64,000 bases of DNA. Origin: Octopus bimaculoides. Its lineage: Eukaryota. Position numbers and translations under genes: made by a program. The stretch lies in the NCBI RefSeq assembly GCF_001194135.2, contig NC_069003.1:19064223-19128222 (forward strand). Direction: 5' to 3'. The notes below the pieces were generated by a model. That model was not told where the DNA came from. It searched no databases and saw only the letters and a list, made by a program, of their open reading frames with translations. Shown in pieces: positions 13,201 through 27,500 of this stretch; within the stretch, counting starts at the first letter, position 1, and each line of letters opens with the position of its first letter.

Positions 13201-16200
13201 TTTTTTGGTTACGAAATAAGCTACACAAAACGTGTTTTTGAATTATGTGTATTTACTTTATATTCATATATGAATTGAAAACTTTCTTTTAACATTTCAG
13301 TTAATGTCTATGTTCCACTTTTAATTCCAGTTGCTGGTGGACCTTACAAACTTGATGTATTCGAAAATCACATTTATGTTGTGATGAGTAAGAATCTAAA
13401 TGTCATAAAAATGGACAAGTTTTCAACAGGCAACCCAAAGACTGTTCTACGTAAAGACATGATGTTTATTGGAGATATTAAAGTTGTCCAACAATTCAAA
13501 CAAAGAGTTGGTGAGTTATAGTTATTATTGGTGTTGTTATTGATGTTTTTGTTGTTTCACCCCAGGTCAGAGTTGATTGGTGCAGACCCATGACCAAAGC
13601 CATTTCAGCTGTCACATCACCAATACTTCATATTGTTCTAAGACCATGGCAAAGTTTTTCCCAAGAATGTTTTCTGCAGGAAGAACATATAGCTCAGTGC
13701 TGGTTACCAGGTTAAGTTACCTGCACATATCTATAAAATCTGCATCAACGTATCTTGTCTGACCCATCCAACCATAGAAAAGAAAATCAATCAGTGTGGT
13801 ATGTTACCTGGTTACTCTAGCAGACTCACTCACAAGTGATAACTGATCCTTGTTAATAATCTGAAGTAGATTGATAATGGAATTAATTTGTAATTTAAAT
13901 GAGTCTACTTTGAGCCAATGGGTCTCTGAGACCAAAACTTATTCAGGTTTCTGAGGTGTTTTGAGGCAACGGGAAATTTAAGATTCCTCTCCAGTTATGA
14001 CACTAATTCATTGCAGGGTTCACCATCTTCCCATCTACCACTGCTATTCATTTTCTGCTGTGTGGACTGGAGCAATAAAGTGACAAGAAATGTCTTACTC
14101 AAGGACATGGTGTGTTATCTAATTCAAAAATTGAACCAATGATCTGATGATTCATGAGCTCAACATGCTAACCACATGATTGAGTGCCTTCACTTGTAAT
14201 TTACTACTACTACTACAACTAATAATAATAATAATAACAATAATGGACTCTCCTGTCGAAGATGACGTATGAGTGTTCAGCTCTTGCCAAACGACCTGCA
14301 CAAATGATTTGTTTATAGTGATTAAATGTATGTGTTGTACATTAGCTCACTCCTTCCATCAAATTGATGGTGCCCAAACAGGTGCATGGTGTCAGGTGTC
14401 AAAAGTGATCACAGAGCAACGTGAAATGAAGTGTTTTGCTCTGCGATGCACCAACTAATCTAGGAAATGAAACAGTGATCTCGCAATCATGTGTGCAACA
14501 CCCTAACTACTAGGCGATGCGTCCTCATAATAATAATAATCCTTTTTACTAAAGGTACAAGGCCTGAAATTTGTGGGGAGGGGTAAATCAAATACATTGA
14601 CCTCAGTACTCAACTGGTACTTATTTTATCCACCCAGAAAGGATGAAAGGCAAAGTCACCCATGGCAGAATTTGAACTCAGAATATGAAGACAGACAAAA
14701 TACTGCTAAGCATTTTGCCCAGTGTGCTAACGATTCTGCCAGTTCGCTGCCTTCAATAATAATGATAATAATAATTAAAAAATTATAGAGACTGGTTTCT
14801 AAATTTGTTCTTGTTTGTTTTATTTTGTTTTTCCCATTCTTCAATCAATGTTAATTATGATTTTTTTAAATTTGGTTTTAGTGAAATCCAAATGCAAGAA
14901 AAACACTTGTAAAAAATACGAAATGTGTGTCACAAATCCTGATGAGTCGACAGCTTGCATCTGTGCCGATTCACATCTATCAAGGAATGGTATCTGTTTC
15001 CGAAAGCCCATCTCGAGCTGTATGTTTGATGCCGATTGCTTTAATAATGGCACATGTGATGAGAATTTCAAATGTATGTAAGTAGGATCATACAAATTTT
15101 TCCGCTGACTGTTCTCAACTGAAAAATTTTGCAATTTATGCATTGTGTTTTTTTTTATTGCTTTTGTAGTTTGCTTTTTTTTTTTTTAAGGGATTTTTAA
15201 GGGCTGCAAGGGATTTTAGTCATGCGATTATTAACCCTTATTCAGTTTAATCCTTTTTTTATGTGTTCTCTGTGTATTGAAATGCATTGGTATCGATATA
15301 ATGGAACACAACTGGACATGCTGGTTTACACTGGAAAACCTAAACACAAGCGCGTGCACACACACATAACTGGTTTCTAGCACTGCTGCAGAAGACATTT
15401 GTCCAGTGTCACACTGTTGAATCAAATCTGGAACCAAATAGTTAACCCTGTTATATACAGTACCTTTATAGACAGAAAAGTGAGAATTGACCAGACAGAC
15501 TGATTTCCATCCTGTGTTGGGATTTTGTCGCTGGTTCAGTACACCCTTTGACTTTCCACAGAGACACAGCTTTTCAACCCATTACTGTTAAGAAATTATA
15601 TAAATCAAATAGATTAATTTGCATAGATAATGGATTCTTTACAGCTGGTTTCATTTATAAACATTTAAAGATGGGTTTTGAATGAAATCCTTATACAGGA
15701 TCAAAACTAATCCAGCACAGCTGATTACTGTTTTTGTCTATCCACAAAGATATTGTATATAGAGACTTGATGCTTACAATGTATGTACCTATATTTACAG
15801 AAATTTTCTCTAAAATTATCTTATGTTTTTTACAAGTGGGTACCTGTAGAAACTGGAGTGGATATTATTCCATTTTATGATAAATTATTGAGGCAGGTTG
15901 TATTGGAAAGGAGCAATTGAAATAAAATACAGGTTCCACTGTATCCATTAAAAACAATATACACACACAGGGAGAGAGAGAGAGAGTTTATACACAGGCA
16001 ATCAAACTCAATCTGCAGCCATCTAAATGGTTTGTTCATTTCCATTAGCTGCTATTGTGCTTTCACTATGTCTGTATTTCTGGAAGTTCTGGTATTTAGT
16101 TAGCTGAGCCTGTAATGCATTCTTTAAGTCTGCATTTCTCATTTCCATGAAATATACACATAGTGAGAGAAGTACCATAACAGTTAATTGCCTCTAATGT

Positions 16201-19200
16201 ACATGTCAAGAGGATGGACAAACAGAAAGATGGTAACACACTATATTATATATTAATAGAGTTTATAAAACAAATTCAGAAAGATAGAAAAAAAAAATAG
16301 TAGAAGACCTTAAAAAAGTAAAATATCTGAAGAGACAGATTTAAGATTAATGGACAGAATGTGTTGCTGTATTTAGTTACATCAATTTTTGTCCTAAGTT
16401 CAAATTTCATCAAAGTCAACTTGGCTTTCTTTCCATTCACTTTGGGTCAGTAAATATCAGTGAAGTGCTGGGATTTAGACTTAAATCAGCCATTCCCTCT
16501 TTCTCTCCTCTGTTCTACCACCAAAATTTAAATTGTACCAATGTTTGAAAAAAATCATTATTAATTGCCCTCAGAAAAAAAACAGGTAAGTAATGGTGGT
16601 GGAGAGGGTTAGTAGAATGCCACTTGGACACAAGCCTTGGGCTTGAACAACTCTGGTTGGATCACCATGACAAAGATGGGCTTGAACAAAAGCCAAAACC
16701 ACTGTGATTCCAGGATACAACGTTGATGGTGGGTCCAAAAATTGCATCCTTCAGTTGTATAAAGAATTCTTTTTTGTTTTTGTAATTACATCCAAACTGT
16801 GTGGCATTTCATTTATATTTTTGCATTACTTTCTCTCCAGATGTAATCCTTCATACAATGGGAGCCACTGTCAGAATTATCGTTGCAAAAATGCCTGTTA
16901 TAATGGTAAATGTATTGACCCAATGAGCAGTAATGAGGAACCAACTTGCAGGTAACACCTTTGTTTTCACACACACACACACACAAACTCTTTCTCCCTC
17001 TCTCTCTCTCCTATTTGTTAGTCTCTCTCTCATCAGAGCTGTTGTGAGACTGCAGCTACCAGCTCAAAAACTGCCCAAGAAACACTGTGTGACATAATGG
17101 TGCCTCTGCAGCTCCATCCAGTGAGACATGTTAGCTACACATGGTCAGTAGACCTGTTAGAAATAGCAACCAAATCTCCTGCTAATCACAGCAGTTGGTC
17201 ATGTTGTGACATCATTGATCGTAGACCTTCATGTGTCGGAACCCCACTTAATGAGAACACTAAATCACAAAATGGATGATTATGACCTTTTACATTTATG
17301 AATTCTTACTAAAAACATTCATTACAATGTTTTAGTAAGAATTCATAAATGGAAAAGGTCATAATTTTCCACTTTGTGATTTAGTGTTCTCATTAAGTGG
17401 GGTTGTGATACATGAAGGTCTACAATTAATGATGTGGCAGCATGACCAACTGCCCTCTTTTGCATATCAGATGAATTATTTTCCATTTTAAAGACAATAG
17501 ATGTGATTAGAGGGAGATTTGGTTGCTATTTCTAACAGGTTTACTGACCAGTGTTTTACTTCTGATTTCCATGCTAGCATGGGTTGGATGGGTTTTTTTT
17601 TTATCTGAAGCAGTGGTTTACAGCCAGATATCCTTCCTGTTGCCAACTGTTTTAGTTTCTCCTTAGGACATGCTGGAGCATGGCATGTCTCTATTTCTTC
17701 TCACTCTGGAATGTACATTCAATATGAATAAGTATATTTCTACATTCATAACACTTGTTGATCTTCTTTAGTCCCAGATCAGCTCTGATTAAGCAGACCT
17801 ATGATCAAAGATATTCCAGCCATGACCATCCCACCTTATACTTTTTCAAGGAGAAACATCCAGCATCACCTGTTATTTTAATAGATGAAGGAAACTTTGA
17901 TGTTATTTCTATCAAGTTGCATGATCATGTTAGAAGCTTCACCATCAACATCATCATGATTTAACATCCACATTCCATGCTGGCCATGAGTTGGACACTT
18001 TGACAGGAACTGACGGGTCCAAGAACTGCATCATGCCCCAATGTCTACTTCAGCATGGTTTCTGTAATTGGATGCATTTCCTAATGCCAACCACTTTACA
18101 GAATGTAATGGGTGTTTTTCTCTTGCTACCAGGACTATTGTGGTTGCCATGTAGCTTGCAAGACTACAACCCCTAAAAGGTAGGGAGTCATTTTTATGCT
18201 AGGAGATGAGGAGTTAAGCTATGAGTGTGTGGGGCAGAGCAAGCTCTTTCAGAAGAGCTGTTTCATTACATTTATTATAGGGGAGAGCAAATGAAGGGAC
18301 GTAGTTGATGTCTTTTTCATTAGCTTGACTCTTATTAATATTTAACTCTTTACCTTTCAATCTGGCCATATTCAGTCCAAATATTCAACTGATCAGATCT
18401 GATCTCTCACACCTATCCTACAATGTCATTCAAAAAATATACAAACATACTGTTGAAATCTTGAAGTGACAAGATAAATTCAAAACAATGTGAATAAATA
18501 AGCAATACATTTGAGGAAGAAATCTGAATGCTAAAGGAATGATTAAAACTTTTATATTACCAGTTGTCTGCCTGGGTACTCTGGGGCCCGCTGTGAACAT
18601 TACATTTGCACAAATTATTGCCTCAATGGTGGTACTTGTATTCCCAACAATAATGAAAGAAGATGCAAGTAAGTACTTTAAATTTTCATTTTTTCATTTT
18701 TATAACTGTTTTCAGTCTTTTTATGATGACGACCAAGCTGAAGCACTGATTTGATTACTATTGAATCCCAGTCTTTATATTTGTCAATTTCTATTTACCA
18801 ACTGATTAAGTCCACCTTGGCATAAATGTGATGCAATTCAAACTCTAACTAAATACCACAAGGTGTATTTTCATTTCTGAATGTTCTAATTAAACGACCT
18901 TGCTGATTTTTTTTTTTTTTTTTTTTTTTTGTGATTTTACATCCATTTTTGCATACTAGCATGGGTTAGATGAATATATAAATATATATCTATATAAATA
19001 AAATTCTGTCTGTCCATCTAGGAGCCATGTATCTCAGTCTATATTTGATCTACATAGACTTATACCTTTTTGGCATCAGGGTGATCCCAGGGTTGAAAAT
19101 CTGACCTTCATTTGGTTCTTGAACATCCAGCATTGGGATCTTATGTAAGAGCAATTGGGCTGCTATATCTAGCAGGTAAAGCAACTTTGAGAGGTTTCAA

Positions 19201-19568
19201 ATGGTTTACAAGAGTTACTTCACTTAGCTATAATAATAAACACAACATTGTGTCAAAAACTTACCCAAATTTTTTTAATTTAATACCAAAACTTTGTGAC
19301 AGTTACCTCCGTTACCTACAATAATAAATGCAACATTCTGTCTGTCAACCAAGAATGTTGTTCATCCTGCTGCTTTACAGTGATCTCCAAATGTCACAGT
19401 GATACAAGATTCTCCAAATGTGATACTCTGTGATATAAATCTGAGATGGTAGGAGGATACCAATAAATGTTTTATTATTATTGCACTTTTCAATTTTGGG
19501 ACGAAGGTCCAATTAGCTCTCCGCAAACACTAGCTTAAAAACCCACACAGAGTGCAGCTTTTAAGCTA

Positions 19569-19605
<37 letters not shown>

Positions 19606-21468
19606 AGATTGTATGATTGTGTACAGAATATATTAATTAATGAAATTGAAATTTTAGTTTGATTTTCACATTTTATTATTTACAATTTTTACAATCTTGC
19701 AATATTGTAATAATAGAATATTATATATATATTGTGATAAAACTAGGTCTTTCTTGCGTTACACAATTATCAGGTTTATAGAGTATTAATAGTGACAGTC
19801 ATGTTCTACAATTGACAACTGTGAATAACAGTTGTTAATTGTGGAACAGTGATGGAGGACAAACACAGGCACAATGGCCTTTTTCCAGTTTCCATCTACC
19901 AAATCCACTCGCAAAGCTTTAGATGGTTCAAGGCTATAGCAGAAGACACTTACCCAAGGTGCAGTGGAACTGAACCTGGAACCATGTGGTGTATGGTTTG
20001 GAAGCAAGCTTCTTATCACACAGCGACACCTGTGCCTATATAAAAAAAATAATAATCTTAAAAAATACTTTGTACCTTTGCATCCTTTTTTCCTCTCTTA
20101 TTGACCCATTTCATTTTCAGTTGCCATCCTGACTATAACGGTAGCCGATGTGAGAACTTACGTAACAACGACTGGTGTGCCAAGTATTGTTTAAATAAAG
20201 GTGCCTGTGAAAAGGATAGATTTAATAATACTGTTTGTCGATGTCAAGAAGGATTTACAGGTAACTTGCCCCTACTTCTCTCTCTCTCTTTCTGTCCATA
20301 TTGTTATAAAATGCGAGTCTGGTGGTGAGGGAGGTAAACATTTTGATATTTGTACTTCATTTCTTTAACCTTTTAATGAGCCATATTTGGCTCAATTATT
20401 CTCTCTGTTTTATGTTCAAACCAGCCAGATCTGGACCCTCACATTTACCCTATACATTTATCATTCTAAAAATAGACAATCCCATCATCAAAAATTTGAA
20501 GCTATGAGATAATGCATGATTAATTCAAAGCAATATGAATAAATAAGAAGTACATTTGACAGACTAACCTGAATGCTGAAGGGTTAAAACTTTGAACAAT
20601 ATTTTTGGGAGGCACAAATAACCTATTGTTGAAAACTTTTTCCTTAGGCCATCGCTGTGAACAGTGTGAGTCCATCCACTGTCAGCCTCTTGAAACATGT
20701 GAAAAAGACTCGAATGGTAAATTCACTTGTGTAGAAGTGATAGACAAACCTTTACGTGAAGACTGCAATAAGCGTTGTCCAAATGCTATTGCCTGTTCTG
20801 TTGTCCATAAGAAGCTGATTTGCCACTGTCCAAATGGTCCCTGCAAACAGTTACCCTGTAACAAAATTACTTGTCCAAGCAAAGGTAAAAGTTATTTTTA
20901 TTTTATTAAAAAAAATTTTTGATGGGAGTTTTTTTTATTTGAATTATTCTTGTTTAAAATGTTTAATTTACTGAACTGAGTGTGTGTGTGTGGGGGGGGG
21001 GCTTAGTCCACCTTATTCTGTAGGGAGCATAAGGGCCAGTTTCCCAGTTTCTCTGTTGTATATATTCCTTCCTGGATGGGATACTGGTCTGTTGCAGGAT
21101 TATCCATTTTTACCAGCTGAGCGGAATGGAACAGTCTGAAATGAAATCTTTTGCTCCAGAACACAATGCATTGCCCAGTCCAGGAATCAAAACCACAATC
21201 TTACGATTATGAGTCCAACACCTCAAACCATTAAACCACGTGCCTCCATGTGTGTGTGTGTATAATATACATGTTTTTGGTGTAGAATTTTACCTTTTAT
21301 TTAAGCTTTGCTGGTTTTTGTGAGCCTTTTCAATTAATATTGAGGGTATATAATTGTACAAATATAAACTTTAGCAGCATCTTTTGAGTAAATGATGCAT
21401 TGAAGGTAACAGACATAGGATTTAGTTTTAGCTTCATATACATGCACATGTATACACATGCAAATATG

Positions 21469-21507
<39 letters not shown>

Positions 21508-24500
21508 GTATACAAATCTTTGTTTTATGTCCACTTTTCCTTGTTGGTTGGAGAAGTGCTTCTATGTAACAATGGGTGGGGCAACTACACTTTGAAACTT
21601 TATAAATGATAAATACTCAGTTTTATACTTAATTTACTTGTGACAAATTGTATTGAAAGGGTTTAATTGAATATAATAAATATTCTTCTTTACTGGCACT
21701 CCAGTCAATCTGATCAACGAAACAGCCTGTTAATGAAATTAACTTGCAAGTGGTTGAGCACTCTACTGATATGCGTACCTTTAACATAGTTCTCAGGGAG
21801 ATTTAGATGTGTCATGGCTGACCCTTTTGAATTACAACTACACCTCATTTTTCCAACTGAATGAACTGGAGCAACATGAAATAAAGTGTCTTGCTCAAAG
21901 GATACAATGCACCACCAGGAATCGAACTCACGACCTTATAATCATGAGCCAAACACCCAAACCACTAAGTCACATGTCTTCAAATTGTTCCTTATCATTT
22001 AATAAATAATAAAATTCATCTTCTAGTATAAAGCCATCTCCCTCTCTGCTACAGCTTCATTCATTTGAAGGGAATCTTAGTGTTGCATGTTGTGTGGTGA
22101 CATGAAAAAGCAGCTAGTATATGCTGTAAAGTGGTTGGCATTAGGAAGGGCATCCAGACATAGAAATAATGTCAAATCAGACACTGGAGCATCATGCAGT
22201 CCTTAGAGGATTTGTCAGATCTTGTCAAATCCCATAGCGGGATTGAACCCCAAATCTAATCTTAAGCAACTATTCAAACGTAGAATTTATAACAATATCT
22301 CTATCAATGTATTTTCTACTGTAGTTTCAAGTTGATCAATGTCTTGAGACTGGAACTGGGTCAGCTGAAATTATGTGGAAGCCCATTGTATATGACAAAA
22401 ATACAGAAAACACCAGTTTCATGGGACTTGCCAGGCACCTGATTCTGTGTTCCTTAACTGCAAAATCTAACTTAGCAGTTTGATATGTTAAGAGATCAAT
22501 AAAATATGTATGAAATTGAAGAGAGTTCTGGATCTTTTGTTTGATATAATTCACTAAGACCCTTGAGGGCATCACTCCAGTATGGCCACAGTCCAATGAC
22601 TAAAATCAGTAAAAAGATTCTATAAAAATAATGTTTGGGTTTTCCAAGAATTTGGCAGTTTTATTAATAATGATCTGTTTTTATCTTGTGTTTCAGCTTA
22701 TTGTGTTGTTGAAAATGGTGAGCCTCACTGTAAATGTAAACAAGGTTTTACTGGCCCTAACTGCGAACAGTCTTTGTGCAAGGCTTGTTTGAATGGAGGT
22801 CGTTGTGATACAGGTAAGATGCTGTATATGTGAAGACTGTTGTGACACAAGATGTGTATGACCAGAAATCATTGTGACAGTTAGATTCAAGGGACACTAC
22901 TGAAACTGCATTAAATCAAAATTGCCATCTGTGTATCATACTAAATGTATATACATCTTAGAAAGGCAAGATACTGTCATTTTTGTCTGAGATAAAATCT
23001 CTTTATAGATGAGTTAAAAGCACAATATATCTTAAAGCAAGACAAACATTGTGGCAGTGACTCATAAAAACATTGTGTTCCCTTCTCTTGATATTACATG
23101 GTTGTTAACAAATGTTACTGTCATATAAGCAGTTGTGTGTGTGTGTGTGTGTGTGTCATGCCATTTTGTGAGCTTTCGCAAGTTCACAAGATTTCCATTA
23201 CAAGAGTGACGAGTGAGTAACTGTATAACAAATTCAGAATAAATATAACTTTTTTTTCCTAATGCACCGGTTTAGCAGTTTTCTCACCAATATATACATC
23301 TTCGAAAATATACCTGACCATGAGGAAGTATTACCTTGTCTGGAAACAGGAAGGGCATCCAGCCATAGGAAATTTGCCTTAATAGGGCTCTGTTTGACTG
23401 TTGCAAGCATGGAAAAGTGGTAATAAGGAGGAGAATGATTCCTTGTTATGTCCATAGTCAAACCTCTCGATTGCTGTTGCTGCTCTCATGTTCACTTTTC
23501 ATCCTTTAATCTTCTAACGAAAACAAAATGTTGTTGTTTTAGCATTACTTTTTTTCTTTTTTCATTTAGACTTTTGCTTTTTTGAATTCAATATTTATTG
23601 TAATTTTCATGTTAAATTTACTTGATTTTTTTTTTTTTTGCTGCTAGGTTTTAATGGTGTCCCTACGTGCATTTGTGATGAATACCACACAGGAGCCAGT
23701 TGTGAAAGCTGTGTCTGTAAAAACGGTGGTAATTGTACAGTGACTGAGAGAGGAACCATATTATGCAAGTGAGCAACAATGTTTGATGTTTAACCCGAGG
23801 CCAGCTCTGACCACTATCCTCTTGTTGAAGCAATCCTAATGGCATTCCAGCCATAACCATCCTGTCTTTCATTCTCATTCAGACTAGTTGATATTCCTGC
23901 CCTGACCAACCCAACTTTCACTCGTTCATAAGGCGATTCCAGTCAAGCCTGTCTCATCTGTCAATTTTGAACCTTGCCCTACATTAACTGATTTGTGAAT
24001 GGATTTGGTAGACAGCAGTTGGCAGAAACTCCTCATATTCATATTTATATGCTAGCGCAACATAATAGCACCTGTGCTGGTGCATGTAAAAATCACCCAT
24101 CATACTCTGTGAAGTGATTGGCATTAGGAAGGGCATCCAGCCGTAGAATTCAAGCTAAATCAGACTGGAAACTGCTTGTCAGCTCTGGTCAAACCATCCG
24201 ATCCATGCCAACATGGAAAATGAACATTAAATGGTGATAATGATATGTGTATGTTTGTGTACACTGCTGTCTTCACATTATATGATAGTTGTAAATGAGC
24301 ATCATCATTATACAAGTGACACTGCTTCCAACCATCTGTGGAAAATGCATCCAGCCATGGGTAAATATTACCTTAGTTGGAAACATGTGAGGGATGGTGA
24401 TAGGAAAGGTATCAATAAATTCCATCTGACTCATGCAAGCGTGGAAAAGTGGACATTAAATAATGATGGTGATGATGATGATGATAATATTTCCTTTTTC

Positions 24501-27500
24501 ATTGTTTAACCCTAAATCCTGCTTGATTGTACTAACAAACACATTCTAACCATGACCTTTCACTCAGACATAATGTATCTATGACTACATTATCCAATTA
24601 ATCATTGTTAGTTAACCACACAATTGCCCTGATCAAGCAGCAGGCCTATGATCAAAAGGTTTTTTAACCATGACCATCCTGCCCTCTTATATTTTGGGAT
24701 ATGCCAGTGCTGGTGCCACATGAAAAGCACCCAATCCATGCTGTAAAGTGAAGGGCATCCAGCCATAAAAACCATGCCAAAACAGAGCCTAGTGCTTTCT
24801 TTTGGCTTGCCAATGTGGAAGACGTGTTAAATGATGATGATGATGTTTCTATGGACCAGGTCCTTCTTTTTCTTAACCCTTTTGTTACCACATTCTTGTT
24901 GAAATGTCATAACTTTTTTTTTTTGATAAATTTAGTAAAATAACTTTGTCAGTATTAGCTTGTTTGGAATGTAAATTAATGTGAGATTTGGATGGCAAAA
25001 GGTTTTGATTTAGATCAGTTTAAAATAGGACGTTTGTATCACAGAACCACTCTGTTCTCCATCTAAGATGGGTTAAAATAGACAGCAGAGTGTGATCTAT
25101 CCAATTTATAGTTGCATGAAAATAGACACAAGAATGGAACATTGATATAAACAAAAAAAAAGTTAACTGTTCATTAATTAGTGTTTGTTAAGATGTTTTG
25201 TTTATTTATTTTTATTTGTCTTTTTGTCTTTTCATCAAGTTGTCCTCATCTTTATACGGGCAAGTTTTGTGAAAGGTGGCGTTGCCGAAATTACTGCCTG
25301 AATGCTGGCAAGTGTGTCAACTGCCACGTAAACAACAGTATCCCAACATGTGAGAGTTGCAGGTAAAGTCTTTCAGTGTCTTTTCTAACTACAGGAAAAA
25401 TTTTCTTAAATCTGTTATTTTAACAGTTATGTTTGTGAAGGCCCATGGCCTTGTGGTTAGAGTATTCACATGGTGGCTGTTATTTCACTTCCTGGACTTA
25501 GCAGTACATGATGTTCTTGAACAAGATGTTCCATCTCGTTGCTCCAGTCCACTTGGCTAAAAATTAGCACCAGTCCAATGCTGATGTATTCATTTTTCCC
25601 TCTAGTTGTCCCCTTCTTGATATTTCACTGGGTCAAATGTTGGAGATTTGAGAGGCTTGACTGTGTCCACCCACAACTACACAAGAACCAGTGATAGCAA
25701 GGTACTGAGTACACTCATTCTCACTTGCTTGTGATGGTTATGGGCCTTTTTTTTTTTTTTTGCTTGCTCTGATGACTGTTATATGTTTCGTCAAGCTAGG
25801 TTTGTTGCGATAGCAGTTGTATCCATTCTAAGTAATGTGTCTCAACTATTTTCTAATTGCTTTATGTTCAAACTGGCCAAAATTTGGCTTCTCACATTTA
25901 CCTTATAAAAGCATTCTAAAGATAAACAGTCATTTAAATCTTGGGGCTGCAAGTCACTGATGGTGAATTAAAAACTATGTAAATAAATAAGCATGACATT
26001 TGACAGAATAATCTGAATGCTAAAGGATTAAACCAGCCACATCACACCCAAATATTTTACCTGTTTTGTTTAAACCAGATCTTACCTCTCACACCTACCC
26101 TACAATGTCATTCTAAAAATAAACAATCACATCATCAAAATCTAAACAGCTACAAGATAATGCATAATCAATTGAAAACAATGTGAATAAATAGCATTAC
26201 ATTTGACAGTAATCTGAATGCTAAAGGGTTAAACTAACAGATATTATGTGTTATAAATAATGTATTCTTAAGATAACATTTTACAGCTGTTATGTTAAAA
26301 GTTATTCCCGATATGTGCCTCAATGTTATTAGTTCCCTGTAAAATTAATTATATTTCTTCAAACAAAGTAGTGAAGTGGTGGAAAGATTGACACAAAACA
26401 CTAATATACCTTGTGGTATTTAATTGCTTCCTTTCTTCATACGTTCTTCATAATGCTCTGTTGCTAATTCTCTCACCTTAACTACAAATATTTGTAGCTT
26501 TGTGCAAGAAATTACCTATCCTTCCCACTGTTGATATTGATAGCACCTTCTTATTTACTCTGCCAGTATCTTCTAAGTTATACCTAACGAACCCTTGCTT
26601 TCTTTTACAGTTGTGGTGATGACTTCTCAGGTTATCGCTGTCAAAAACAAGTGACAAAACAGCCCTATACTTCCAACTGTAAGTATTCACTTCCACTTGT
26701 CAACCTTGTGTATATTTATATTTATTGTGTCAGTTCTGAGTTCAAGTTATGTGTATCTCTGTTACTCAGAGATTCACATAATCATTCTGCATACATACGA
26801 GAAATCAGGATTATTCAAGGTTTGAGTTCCATGCAATTAGCATGTATCAAACTGGTAACACCCAACATATCTATATAAATGAATTAGATGAGCATTAAGG
26901 ATAAATTACTTTTACAGTCAGATGTTGTTCCTTGTATTTTAATAGAGGGAACCTTTCAATCCTTCTCAACCTTTTCCCTTTCTTGGTTGCAAGAGTTTGA
27001 AGAAGGGAATTTTTCAAGCTAACCATGCCTCCACTTATTCTTAAACACACATCTTTGTGTTAGCCTCTCTGTGTGTAAGGCTTTATTAAAAGACTGCTTA
27101 TAATTTTATGTTTTGGCAAGAAGAAACACTAGACTTAAATTGCTTGACAAATGGAAATGGGGAATTTCAAGTAGCATCAAAAGGAACCTACAACTTCAAA
27201 TAAAATACGTATACACCCACACTCATGCACGCACAGATATATTTTATTGTAGAGATTCATAAGAGTCAAGGTACATCAACTTGTAGGCTGCCAGAAATGG
27301 CTAGTTACAATAACATAGAGCTCACATTGAAATAAACAACATTGAATACATCAAGTGCTGATAGGATACTGTAGATATGTAAGTACCAAATTCAATTTCA
27401 GCCATAGATCCGATTCAAGGGTGAGTCCTTGATGTGTGTGGCTATAAAAAGTAAATGCAAATGGTGTTTAAAATTTACGATAGTTATTTTGATAGAATTT

